Shown here: one piece after another, positions 10,215-19,249 of the stretch
How positions within the stretch are numbered: position 1 is the first letter of the stretch
Layout: the number at the start of each line of letters is the position of its first letter
IMG/VR virus record: IMGVR_UViG_3300046680_000412
Location: 17,975-81,974 of that record
Source: a virus
Length of the DNA stretch: 64,000 bases
Reading direction: 5' to 3' (one strand)
The notes under the pieces: model-generated
Seen by the model: only the letters and a program-made list of their open reading frames with translations
Databases searched by the model: none
Told to the model about the DNA's origin: nothing
Made by a program: the position numbers and the translations under genes

Positions 10215-12677
10215 ATGCCGACAGCCGCAGAGTTTGCACTTTTCACAGACCGGAAACTGATGGGGTCTGTCGATTTCGATTCGTACTTGATCAAGTACTT
10301 GCGAAACGACATTCGCGCGTCCGTAAAGCGTCTTTTCGTCCAGGGCGCTTTTCAGGAAAAGATGCCGCTGTCGAGCCCAGGAACCAACCTGATCCAGGTT
10401 GGGCTCAAGCCTACGTACGGAGACGGCTTCGCGCACGATGGCTCCGGCCGCTTGCTCGATCTCGAACAGATCGATCGTACCGCGAGATTCGAGAACGAGA
10501 ACGGCCAGCTTTACGAAGTCGGCGCGGCTTACGTCGAGTACCCCGTTGGGATCCGGATCAACCCACGTAGTGGCCAGCCCGAATACGATCGCATGATCGA
10601 AGGCATTGGCCTGCAGGCCTCGCCTGACAGCGTCACGAACAACGTGGACACGTTGACGTTTCGCGTGGACGCGCTCTTCGAGCACGGCGGCGCCGGATTT
10701 CATGTCGGTAGACAGGTCCGAGTGTTTCTGCTTACGCCGGCACTGGGCGCAACGACAGCGGAGGTCGCCATTGAGACGTGCACGGTCACGTGGAACGGCA
10801 CTCAAAACGTGATCGAGACAGTGGGCTTGCTGGGCCAAACGAACGTGCTCATGTCGGGCACCTACTACGTGGTGCAGTTGATTGGCGTGCACGTATTTCG
10901 CGACAGCGCCAGCAACCGCCCGTCCGAACGGCCGGACGAGGTTTTCTTCGTCGGCACGGTGACGGGAAACGGCGGCGGCACGCCGTCGGTGTTTGACATC
11001 ACTGACCAGAACCTGATCCAAGCACAGGCGGCCGGTTCAGTGACGGTCGAGATGCTGCCGGATTGGGCTGATGGCACGTCGAATGCGGGAGGTGACGCGC
11101 AAAGCGTCTTTGAAGATTTGATTCATGACCTGACGTCCACGACGGGCGGACGCGGCGCGGCCAAGCTCACCGCTGCCGCCTTGGCGAATTGGGCCGATGG
11201 CACCCCTAACCCCGCGGACATTTTGAGCGATACGATCGCCAAGATCATCACGGATCTCACGTCGACCGACGGCGAGGCGGGCGCAGGAAAGCTCACGGTC
11301 GCGGCGCGCGGGAGCTGGGCGGACGGGACGCCCAACGCCGCTGCGCGCCTCAGTCAAGCACTGGCTAAAATCATCAGCGACCTCACGGGGACTTCGGGCA
11401 CGCGAGGTTCTGGCAAAATTACTGCCCCCGCAATGCCGCCCTGGGCTGACGCCTCTGTCATTCCGGCAGGCACCATCGGGGCGCAGCTCGGCGCGATGAT
11501 TACGTCATTGGCGGGCACCGACGGAACGCTCAAGATCGTCGCCCCGGATCTGTCCGGTTACCCGATCGATCTTCCTCCCGGCACGCTTCACGATACGTTA
11601 GCGCTCATGCTGGTCTCGACGAATCATGCGTTGCTCTCGGCCAAGCGTCGTGCGGAAGGAGTCGGCGTACAGACCCTGAAGCTTCTTTTTACGAATACCG
11701 ACTGGACGCTGTATGACATCGCGTGCCTAACGGATGGATTTGATCACCCGCTGGCATTTGTCGCGGTAGGCGATCACGGCTCGATCGTTTCGCGCGCGGG
11801 CATCTCTGGCCAGTGGACAGCACACGCGCCCGGAGGCAGCTACACGGGCGACTTCAAAGCGATCGAAGCGGGCCTGAATGGGTTTGCCGCCGTAGGGAGC
11901 AACGGCGAGATCCAAACAACCACCGATCCCACTGTGTGGAACTCGCGACATTCGTCTGGCAACCATTTCACGGACATTGCGTACAAACCCGATGCCACGG
12001 CGATCTTCTGCGCCGTGGGTTTGGGCGGCTACATTTGGACTTCAACCAACTTGACCAGCTGGACGCAGCGCACCGGCGCGCCCGGCATGACTTCAGACAA
12101 CTACGTCGCGATCACGTGGGGCTACGGCAAGGGGCACTCGTCGGGCCCGACGGGATTGTTCGTTGTGACCACCGACGGCGGCAAGGTGATGACGAGTCCG
12201 GATGGTATTGTTTGGACGGCGCAGTCGTCCGGTACCATCACGGGCACGACGCCCAAGTTTCTTGATCGCATGCTGCAGAACAACCCCGTGTTTGGGTTTG
12301 TGGCGCTGTACACGCGATCGAGTGACACCCAGATCGGTATCGCGTATTCCGATGACGGCGTGACCTGGACGATCATTTCGTCGTTGACGTCGAACTTCGA
12401 CGAGCCCAACTTGCGCTTGGCTTTGCTCGACGAAAGCATGTTGTATCTGTCGACCAAGAGCGCCACGCAACCTTACTCGCTCAATGCGATGCAAGTCTTC
12501 GACAGGGTCACGATGCCGACGCCGACCTCGTCAGATTTGTTCACGAGCATCTACGACGTCGGCGAATGCTACCCGTTCGGCGGACTGAACGCGCTCGGAA
12601 CACTGTTCGTAGTCGGGCGCCTCAACAACGGCGACGGCTGCATCATGAGCGGCGCGCCGTTCCGGCCGACCTACTGA
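10215..12677 (+). CDS. Tail fibre / receptor-binding protein
   Basis: Four 42-aa WADGT repeats, C-terminal Asp-box propeller; follows gpI-like gene. Confidence 0.65.
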   Translation: MPTAAEFALFTDRKLMGSVDFDSYLIKYLRNDIRASVKRLFVQGAFQEKMPLSSPGTNLIQVGLKPTYGDGFAHDGSGRLLDLEQIDRTARFENENGQLYEVGAAYVEYPVGIRINPRSGQPEYDRMIEGIGLQASPDSVTNNVDTLTFRVDALFEHGGAGFHVGRQVRVFLLTPALGATTAEVAIETCTVTWNGTQNVIETVGLLGQTNVLMSGTYYVVQLIGVHVFRDSASNRPSERPDEVFFVGTVTGNGGGTPSVFDITDQNLIQAQAAGSVTVEMLPDWADGTSNAGGDAQSVFEDLIHDLTSTTGGRGAAKLTAAALANWADGTPNPADILSDTIAKIITDLTSTDGEAGAGKLTVAARGSWADGTPNAAARLSQALAKIISDLTGTSGTRGSGKITAPAMPPWADASVIPAGTIGAQLGAMITSLAGTDGTLKIVAPDLSGYPIDLPPGTLHDTLALMLVSTNHALLSAKRRAEGVGVQTLKLLFTNTDWTLYDIACLTDGFDHPLAFVAVGDHGSIVSRAGISGQWTAHAPGGSYTGDFKAIEAGLNGFAAVGSNGEIQTTTDPTVWNSRHSSGNHFTDIAYKPDATAIFCAVGLGGYIWTSTNLTSWTQRTGAPGMTSDNYVAITWGYGKGHSSGPTGLFVVTTDGGKVMTSPDGIVWTAQSSGTITGTTPKFLDRMLQNNPVFGFVALYTRSSDTQIGIAYSDDGVTWTIISSLTSNFDEPNLRLALLDESMLYLSTKSATQPYSLNAMQVFDRVTMPTPTSSDLFTSIYDVGECYPFGGLNALGTLFVVGRLNNGDGCIMSGAPFRPTY

Positions 12678-12694
12678 CGGAAAGGATCTTTTCC

Positions 12695-13180
12695 ATGGGA
12701 GTGTTGTACTCAGAGATTCGAAAGGTCAACGACTGCCTGATTACGCTGTCGCGTCAGAAGATTCTCAATCGTCGCGACCTCAAGGGCGTGACCGAGTTGA
12801 CCGATGCGGCCGCGCTCAATGCCCACATCGATGGCTACTTGGCGGCGCGCGAAGTGCTGTTTCGCGACGTCGTCAAACTTTTTTTGACCGTCTATTCCGA
12901 TCCGTGTCTGGTGCTCGACGGCGAGCCCGTGCTAGTCGCCATGTACCGACTCACCGGTGGCAATGAGTACGGCGTTTACTATCGCTGGAAGTGCTCGCCG
13001 ATCATGGATGCGTTGGCCGACTTCAGGATCGGCTTTTCCGAAAACGGCGATCTGATTCTCATGGAGGCCGATTCGATCGCGCGCGCCGCGGCGTCGCTCG
13101 GCTTCAGCTCTGAAGTGACGCCCGAATGGGACGTGACCATGGTGATGGGCCAGCGGCTCATCCGAAAGAAGGAGGCATAG
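12695..13180 (+). CDS. Hypothetical protein
   Basis: AAGGA RBS before ATG 12695; fills the gap in the operon. Confidence 0.6.
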   Translation: MGVLYSEIRKVNDCLITLSRQKILNRRDLKGVTELTDAAALNAHIDGYLAAREVLFRDVVKLFLTVYSDPCLVLDGEPVLVAMYRLTGGNEYGVYYRWKCSPIMDALADFRIGFSENGDLILMEADSIARAAASLGFSSEVTPEWDVTMVMGQRLIRKKEA

Positions 13181-13183
13181 TTC

Positions 13184-13747
13184 ATGGACGACAGCGTACT
13201 AGGGACATTGCAAACGTACGTGCTGCCGCATTGGCCATTCGTGTTCATGTCGTTCGCGCTCGGGACGGTCGGGCAGTTCTTCAAGACCAAAGTCTGGACG
13301 CTCGAAAATGCCGTGAGGGGCGGCAAGTTCATGACGCTCATGCACACGACGCTCGGCATACATGCTCCGCTGGCCGGTGCGCTTGCGGGCGCGCTCGGAG
13401 CGCCAGCCTCGCCCGGGGTCAACACGTGGCTTGCGCGCGCTCTGTATCACTTCGTCGCGGGAGCTATGGCCGCGTGGACAGTGGCCGCGTGGAAGCATTT
13501 CATGCTGTCGCGCGGCATCGTGCTCGCTGAGTCGATGCTGCCGCCGCCAATCGTGCTGCGAGCACCGGACGGCGCGCCGGTGACTCCGGGGACTTGTCGC
13601 GTGCAGGTAGGCGGCAATGTCCGTGGCGATGATTTGTATCCATGTGGTCTGCCGTTGCCGTGCCACGTGCATGACAGTCGCCCTGACGCAAACGCGAATT
13701 TGCCGCAGCTGCCAACAGTGCCGCCGCCGATCGGTGACAGCAAATGA
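13184..13747 (+). CDS. Membrane protein, holin candidate
   Basis: GGAGG RBS; about 3 hydrophobic segments; lies after tail genes. Confidence 0.5.
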   Translation: MDDSVLGTLQTYVLPHWPFVFMSFALGTVGQFFKTKVWTLENAVRGGKFMTLMHTTLGIHAPLAGALAGALGAPASPGVNTWLARALYHFVAGAMAAWTVAAWKHFMLSRGIVLAESMLPPPIVLRAPDGAPVTPGTCRVQVGGNVRGDDLYPCGLPLPCHVHDSRPDANANLPQLPTVPPPIGDSK

Positions 13748-14007
13748 TGTCGCTCAAAAAGGCGCTCGCGCGCGCGGATCGTTTGTGTCCGCCAGATCAT
13801 CCGAGCGGTCGGCGTGTGCTCTTTACGGTTTCGTCGCGACCGATACGCTCGCGCAAGGGCGAGCCGGCCATTCCGAAGGCAGAGCTCGAAGAACAGCTCA
13901 CGACGGCCGAAGCGATCGGCGTGCTGGCGGAAGAAGTTCGGCGGCTGCGCGCGCTCGAAAAGGCTCGCGCCAAACTCCGCAAAGCTTCTTTGGGGAAGGA
14001 ATCATGA
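13744..14007 (+). CDS. Hypothetical protein
   Basis: ATGA overlaps on both sides. Confidence 0.6.
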   Translation: MMSLKKALARADRLCPPDHPSGRRVLFTVSSRPIRSRKGEPAIPKAELEEQLTTAEAIGVLAEEVRRLRALEKARAKLRKASLGKES

Positions 14008-14387
14008 CGGTCGCGATCGCGTGGTTGACGCGCGCGTGGGGCGCCATCGTGGCCGCAGCGAAGTGGCTTTGGGCTCATCCTGCCGCGCTCGCCGCGGCCG
14101 CGGGCACGCTCTTGGGTGCGCTCGTCGTGTTGCGCTCGAAGCGCAACCAAGTCGAAAACCTCAAAGATGCGATCGAAGTGCAGCGCATTCGCACGTCGGT
14201 CGCACGCGATGAAGCCAAGGTCGAAGTGCTCACCCAAAACGCCGACGAGCACGCTGGGAAGGTGGCCGAGCTACAGATCCAGATCGCGGACAGCAAACGG
14301 CGGGCGGCCGAGCTCGCGCACGCTACGTCGTTGGAGGGCCGAACGGATGACGAAGTCGCAAAGATGTTTTCGGACGCTGGCCTGTAG
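14004..14387 (+). CDS. i-spanin-like membrane-anchored coiled-coil protein
   Basis: AAGGA RBS; N-terminal TM segment followed by coiled coil. Confidence 0.5.
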   Translation: MTVAIAWLTRAWGAIVAAAKWLWAHPAALAAAAGTLLGALVVLRSKRNQVENLKDAIEVQRIRTSVARDEAKVEVLTQNADEHAGKVAELQIQIADSKRRAAELAHATSLEGRTDDEVAKMFSDAGL

Positions 14388-14829
14388 TTTGGTCGCGCTG
14401 GCGTTCGTGAGCGCCTCCGCGGCGCGCGCCTGCGACACCGCGGCGTTGGCGACGCGCGAGTCCACATGCGTCGTGCAAGACCGCCTAGGCGTGCCAGGCG
14501 TGTGGTTTGTGCTGGCCACGGCCGAAGAGCTGCGGGCTTCCCATCAGCTGGTTCCCGAGCTTCGCCTACAGCTGGAAAAATACAACGAAATCGACCTACA
14601 GCGGACGGCAGAGGCGATTGACCTACGCAACGCAATCGCCTCACAGCGCGACGCAGTGGCCAAGCTCAAAGCCGAGACAGTGGCCAGCGACAAGGCCATG
14701 CGCGCGGCGCAAGACGACGCCACGGCTGCCCGGACCGACCTTGACCGATGGTGGCGGAGCCCCTTTTTGTGGTTCGCCGTAGGCGCGCTTGCAGGGGCCT
14801 TGGCGGGCGTAGCTATCGCCTCGCACTAG
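14347..14829 (+). CDS. Spanin-like protein (signal peptide + Cys, coiled coil, C-terminal TM)
   Basis: GGAGG at 14332; overlaps previous gene; LVALAFVSASAARAC, coiled coil, FLWFAVGALAGALAGVAI. Confidence 0.45.
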   Translation: MTKSQRCFRTLACSLVALAFVSASAARACDTAALATRESTCVVQDRLGVPGVWFVLATAEELRASHQLVPELRLQLEKYNEIDLQRTAEAIDLRNAIASQRDAVAKLKAETVASDKAMRAAQDDATAARTDLDRWWRSPFLWFAVGALAGALAGVAIASH

Positions 14830-14854
14830 GTGCCCAAATAGCGCACATGCACGC

Positions 14855-16366
14855 GTGCGCGCTGTGCGCTCGGTACGTAACGCTGTGGCCGTCACGTTGA
14901 GAATTTCCAATCGCCTCGTTCGCGTCGACGGGGTTGACCTCAAGACCTTGCGCGCGCTCGACGCCGTGTGCTCCTACCGCGTCGCGGGCTACTGGTTTTC
15001 GCCCGCATACAAGTCGCGCCGGTGGGACGGCAAAGAGCATCTCTTCAAGTTCACGCAAAAGCGCGGCTACCACGCGCCGTCAGGCATGACTGAAGAGATC
15101 GCGCGTCTCTTGCGCAAGCGCAAGGTCCCCTACTCGGTCGTGTTCGATACGAAGCTCCACAGTCGCTTCAAGCGATTCGAGTGGAATCCCGACGTCGTGC
15201 TGCGCGACTACCAAAACGAAGCCGTGCGCGGGCTGTTGCGAGGCGCGGTCCCCGGCCGTGGTGTGTTGAAGATGCCCATTCGCTCGGGCAAGACCAAGAC
15301 AGTTGCGCGCGTGCTGCACAAGCTCGGGCGCAGCGCAGTGATCGTCGTTCCGTCGCGCTGGCTTCTGCACCAAACGATCGCCAGCTTGCGTGAGTGCATG
15401 CCTGACGCCCCGATCGGTCAAATCGGAGACGGCGTGTTCGACGTGCAGTTCTTCACCGTGGCCACGATTCAGTCGCTGTCGAACATGGCGCCGGTGCGCA
15501 AGACGCGCAAGAAAAAGGGGCGCGCTGCGCATCCGGAATACGCCAACTTGATGTCTCGCTTTGACGTGGGCGTGTTCGACGAAGCGCATCACGTGCGAGG
15601 TGACGGCGACTGGTATCGCGTGTTCATCGATCTGGACGCGCGCTTCAAGATCGGCGTGTCGGCCACGATCTTTTTCGACAACACCAAAGAACAAGAGTCA
15701 GGGATCATCTGGTTGCGCGGCGCATGCGGGCCGATTCGCTACGAGGTGTCCGCGTCACGGCTCATCCAGGCTGGCTATTTGCTGCCGCAGACGGTCAAGA
15801 TGTACCGCGTTCACGAGCCGGCCGAGCTTCGTAATGCGAAGTACAGCGCCACGCTCAAGAAGCAATGCATCACTGAGAACGCGCATCGCAACACGATGAT
15901 TGCGCGCATCGTGCGCGATTACGCGCATGCCGACAAACCCCGTAAGGTGCTCGTGATCGCGCGCGAGCTCGCGCACATCGAAGCGATCGGCACGGCATTG
16001 GAAGAGCTCGACGTCAGCTTCCGCGTGCTCACGGGCACGACGCCGCATGACCAGCGCATGGACTACGTCGACGAGTTCTGCAGCAAGCGCGGCCCGCACG
16101 TGCTCGTCGGCAACGTGCTCGGCGAAGGCGTGGACATCCCGGACGTCGAGATCGTGGTGAACGCCGAGGGAGGCCGGGACGAAAAGCAAACGTGGCAGCG
16201 CCAGCGCAACCTGACGGTCGTGGAGGGCAGCGACAAGGTGCCGATCATGATCGATTTCTACGACTGCATGTCGAGCGTGTTCGAGAAGCACAGCAAGGCC
16301 CGGCTCAAGGTCTACCGGTCGGAGTCGGAGTTCAGCGCTGAGGTCCTCGAATGCGACGCCGACTAG
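14855..16366 (+). CDS. SF2 DEAH-box helicase (UvsW/Rad25-like)
   Basis: LRDYQ Q-motif, MPIRSGKT, DEAH, SAT, GEGVDIP; start may be GTG 14885. Confidence 0.9.
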   Translation: MRAVRSVRNAVAVTLRISNRLVRVDGVDLKTLRALDAVCSYRVAGYWFSPAYKSRRWDGKEHLFKFTQKRGYHAPSGMTEEIARLLRKRKVPYSVVFDTKLHSRFKRFEWNPDVVLRDYQNEAVRGLLRGAVPGRGVLKMPIRSGKTKTVARVLHKLGRSAVIVVPSRWLLHQTIASLRECMPDAPIGQIGDGVFDVQFFTVATIQSLSNMAPVRKTRKKKGRAAHPEYANLMSRFDVGVFDEAHHVRGDGDWYRVFIDLDARFKIGVSATIFFDNTKEQESGIIWLRGACGPIRYEVSASRLIQAGYLLPQTVKMYRVHEPAELRNAKYSATLKKQCITENAHRNTMIARIVRDYAHADKPRKVLVIARELAHIEAIGTALEELDVSFRVLTGTTPHDQRMDYVDEFCSKRGPHVLVGNVLGEGVDIPDVEIVVNAEGGRDEKQTWQRQRNLTVVEGSDKVPIMIDFYDCMSSVFEKHSKARLKVYRSESEFSAEVLECDAD

Positions 16367-17844
16367 GCAAGCGACGCGACCGCAAGGAACGCATCAAGGC
16401 CGTCCCGACGCTCTACCCAGACGAGGGGCCGTGCGGCCTCGTCGAGGCGTACGAGCAGCTGACGCGCGGCGCATACGCCATCTGGCTTCGCATGTCGGTA
16501 GCCGAGCGCTCGGAGCTGCGCATGGGCCGCGGGCAGCTGTCCAAGCTGCTCGGCTATTCGCGCCGGCAAGGCGACGAGCTCTTTCGCGAGCTCGAACGCA
16601 AGGGCTTCATCATGTTCATCCCGCACGGCCCGTGGCGCCGGACCATCATCGTGATCGTGCGCAAGCCGCTCTTGGAACGCGGGCACGGCTTCACACGTTT
16701 TTCCTCGCTTCTGTTCTCGCCGATTTCAGAGATGCATTTTCGAGAACTGGTATCGGGGAAATCTGTGTCGCTGGATCCTCCGAATAGCTATGGCCTTCTA
16801 GGGGTCGCCACGCACTTACCAGAATCAGTCAATCACTTACCCATTTCGTTCACTCAGTTACCGTTTCCGTCACGCACTTACCAAATGCCATTTGGGGCGC
16901 CCCACAAATCTCTGGGTTTCACGACAGCCCACGCAACAGAGATCGGTCAAAAAATGCACGCTTCAACCTCACGTGTGAAACGCCAGAAGTTTATAGCTGA
17001 AGGTCAATATTTTGACGCATTGGCTGCGTATAGAGATCAGATCAGTAATTGTAAGAGAGAAGAATTAGACAGAAGACGATTGCTACGAAGTAGCAATCGC
17101 GCAAGACGCGACGTGCGCAACGCAGCCAACCGCGCCCGGGGCATCGAGGTGCTCGATTGGAACGACTTGGACATCGTGACGTTCGACCCTCGCCGGCCCA
17201 AGCACGCGCTCATGTGCGCTGTGCTCGATCGCAAGTCCCGGGATCCCGAGCGCATGGCGCTGGTGAAACGGCTTGAGTCGGAGTTTTGCCGGCTCTACTC
17301 GCGCTACCGTCGTGCGGCGGAACGTGCATCGGGTCGACCCGTGGTTTCGTACAAAGTCACGAGCAAAGAGCGAAAGTATGCAGCCGCGGCCGGAGTCCTG
17401 TGCGTTCAGCGCGGAGTGACGCCGCGGCACCTGATGCAGTTTTGGCACGCGAACATCAAACACTTTCGGCGCGCATCGCACATGACGGTGCCGACGCTTT
17501 CGTTTCTCTCTGCGCCGGCCAACATCGACACCGTCGCGTGCGGGCTTGTGCTCGACGAGACGGCGCCCGGTGGCGCGCGCATCGGCGCCTCGACGGCCGA
17601 GGCGGATGGCAGCGACTTGCGCCCCAAGGCGGGCAACAGCTTCAGCGACACATCGAGGCTCGATCCCCGGCTGCGGTCGGGGCTGGAAAAATCTGGGTTC
17701 TCCACGACCGAGCTCAACGACCGGTACCTTCTCACCGTGCAGAAGAACGCGCTCGGGATAGCCAACGGTCGGGACATTTTCATCGGACGGGGTCCCTTGC
17801 GCGATATGTCTCTTTGGGCAGCGCGGAACCTGTATGCGAAGTGA
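16351..17844 (+). CDS. Putative replication initiator (N-terminal HTH)
   Basis: LSKLLGYSRR...ELERKGFI winged-HTH pattern; internal iterons; immediately upstream of DnaC-like loader. Confidence 0.6.
   Translation: MRRRLGKRRDRKERIKAVPTLYPDEGPCGLVEAYEQLTRGAYAIWLRMSVAERSELRMGRGQLSKLLGYSRRQGDELFRELERKGFIMFIPHGPWRRTIIVIVRKPLLERGHGFTRFSSLLFSPISEMHFRELVSGKSVSLDPPNSYGLLGVATHLPESVNHLPISFTQLPFPSRTYQMPFGAPHKSLGFTTAHATEIGQKMHASTSRVKRQKFIAEGQYFDALAAYRDQISNCKREELDRRRLLRSSNRARRDVRNAANRARGIEVLDWNDLDIVTFDPRRPKHALMCAVLDRKSRDPERMALVKRLESEFCRLYSRYRRAAERASGRPVVSYKVTSKERKYAAAAGVLCVQRGVTPRHLMQFWHANIKHFRRASHMTVPTLSFLSAPANIDTVACGLVLDETAPGGARIGASTAEADGSDLRPKAGNSFSDTSRLDPRLRSGLEKSGFSTTELNDRYLLTVQKNALGIANGRDIFIGRGPLRDMSLWAARNLYAK
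16809..16883. repeat. Iteron-like repeats CA(C/G)TTACC x4, candidate origin
   Basis: Copies at 16813, 16834, 16855, 16875 (spacing 21/21/20) in a lower-GC stretch. Confidence 0.6.
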
Positions 17845-18520
17845 GGTCGAGTGTGATGAGTTTGCAACAGCGGTGGCCGATCAGCTGGGCGAGGATGATC
17901 CTCGCTGTCGCTATCGTTTGGCGTGCTACGAGGCTTGCATCCCGCGCACGTTCTGGGGCGTGGCGAGCTCGGACGTTTCGTACAACGAAACCGTCTTTCG
18001 CGGGGTCGTGGTGCGGTATCGGCGACGGCTCAAGCGCGCGTTGCGCAACGGCTACTCGCTGCTTTTTGTGGGCGACAACGGCGTCGGGAAAACGATGTTC
18101 ATGTCGTACCTGCTTACGCAGGCCATCAAGCGCGGATTCACTGCGTACTACACCACGCTTACTCAGCTCGATGCGGACATCAAGCGCGGCTTTCGCGATC
18201 GCGACGCCGACCAGCGACTGCAGGCCATGCTCGAAAGCGACTTTGTTGCGATCGACGAAGTCGGCAAAGAGCGGTTCAAGCCAGATAGCTTCACGACGTC
18301 ACAGTTCGAGTCGTTTCTCAAGCGCCGCTACGACGACGGAGAGCCCGTGTTGCTCGGTTCGAACGCGGCCCACGATGATCTCTGTAAGATGTATGGGGCC
18401 ACGATCGAGAGCATGATCGAGGGCCGCTACCAGGTTGTGTCCCTCGAACCGGGAGACTGCAGGCGCGACCACAAGCGACGGATGAAGCGCGCCATGCGCT
18501 TCGGAGGCAAGGGCAAATGA
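17834..18520 (+). CDS. DnaC/IstB-like helicase loader ATPase
   Basis: Walker A GDNGVGKT, Walker B AIDEVGKE, RY...LLGSN. Confidence 0.85.
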   Translation: MRSEVECDEFATAVADQLGEDDPRCRYRLACYEACIPRTFWGVASSDVSYNETVFRGVVVRYRRRLKRALRNGYSLLFVGDNGVGKTMFMSYLLTQAIKRGFTAYYTTLTQLDADIKRGFRDRDADQRLQAMLESDFVAIDEVGKERFKPDSFTTSQFESFLKRRYDDGEPVLLGSNAAHDDLCKMYGATIESMIEGRYQVVSLEPGDCRRDHKRRMKRAMRFGGKGK

Positions 18521-18792
18521 CCATGGGCAAGAGCGATGCGCCAACAGACGAAGCCGAGATGGCAGAGGTCGCCCGGATCCAAGCCTGCATCGAGCGCGCG
18601 CCCGTGCCAGCGCCCAAGGGAAAGAACAAGCTCTATGCGAACCAGGGCGGCTGTTGGTTTTGCTCGACCGACGAGTGCGATGCGTTCGACACGGAATGGG
18701 ACACGTTCGTGCATATCGCATGTTTGCGCGAAGTGTTGGCCGCGGAGCCCGAGCATCCTGAAGCGGCTCTCATGAAATATTTGTTGGAGTGA
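18517..18792 (+). CDS. Small Cys/His-rich hypothetical protein
   Basis: CWFC...HIAC; ATGA overlap. Confidence 0.6.
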   Translation: MTMGKSDAPTDEAEMAEVARIQACIERAPVPAPKGKNKLYANQGGCWFCSTDECDAFDTEWDTFVHIACLREVLAAEPEHPEAALMKYLLE

Positions 18793-18859
18793 GCGAGCCG
18801 ACTTGATTGGAATCTGCAGCGGTCACGCAGGCTGTATCCCGTGCTCGCCGTAGGGGATT

Positions 18860-19075
18860 ATGCACCGCTTGCGGAAGGCGGCCCGCTGCAGATTCGAGTC
18901 AAGTTGGGAGCCAGTGAAAAGTCACTATCTACAGATGGCCGTGGTTGGAACTGCGGGCTTTCTTTGTCGGCTTGTTCTTGAGCAGGCTGGCGTGTCTAGC
19001 GGACTCGTGATGTGTGCGTGCCTCGTGTTTATGCTTTTGCTGACGATTTTGTTGTACTTCTGGATTGAGCGCTGA
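18860..19075 (+). CDS. Small membrane protein (start uncertain)
   Basis: Two hydrophobic segments. Confidence 0.4.
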   Translation: MHRLRKAARCRFESSWEPVKSHYLQMAVVGTAGFLCRLVLEQAGVSSGLVMCACLVFMLLLTILLYFWIER

Positions 19076-19078
19076 ACG

Positions 19079-19249
19079 ATGATCACTCTGACTCCAAAGC
19101 GTCTTTGCGAAGACTGCGGCGACGAAGCGCCGCGCAACAAGAAGCGTCGCATGTGCGAGCGCTGCGGGCTGCGCGTTTGTCCCTGGTGTTATTCTCATGT
19201 GCACGCGCTGCATGTGGAGCTGGACAAGCAGAAGGCGACGAAGCATTGA
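19079..19249 (+). CDS. 56-aa zinc-finger protein (not in ORF track)
   Basis: MITLTPKRLCEDC...CERCGLRVCPWC; stop overlaps the TTG start of DnaB. Confidence 0.6.
   Translation: MITLTPKRLCEDCGDEAPRNKKRRMCERCGLRVCPWCYSHVHALHVELDKQKATKH

Noticed and set aside
984-12677. Extracellular contractile injection system or tailocin
   Set aside because: Contiguous with a full phage replication module and early region, so a phage tail is more parsimonious
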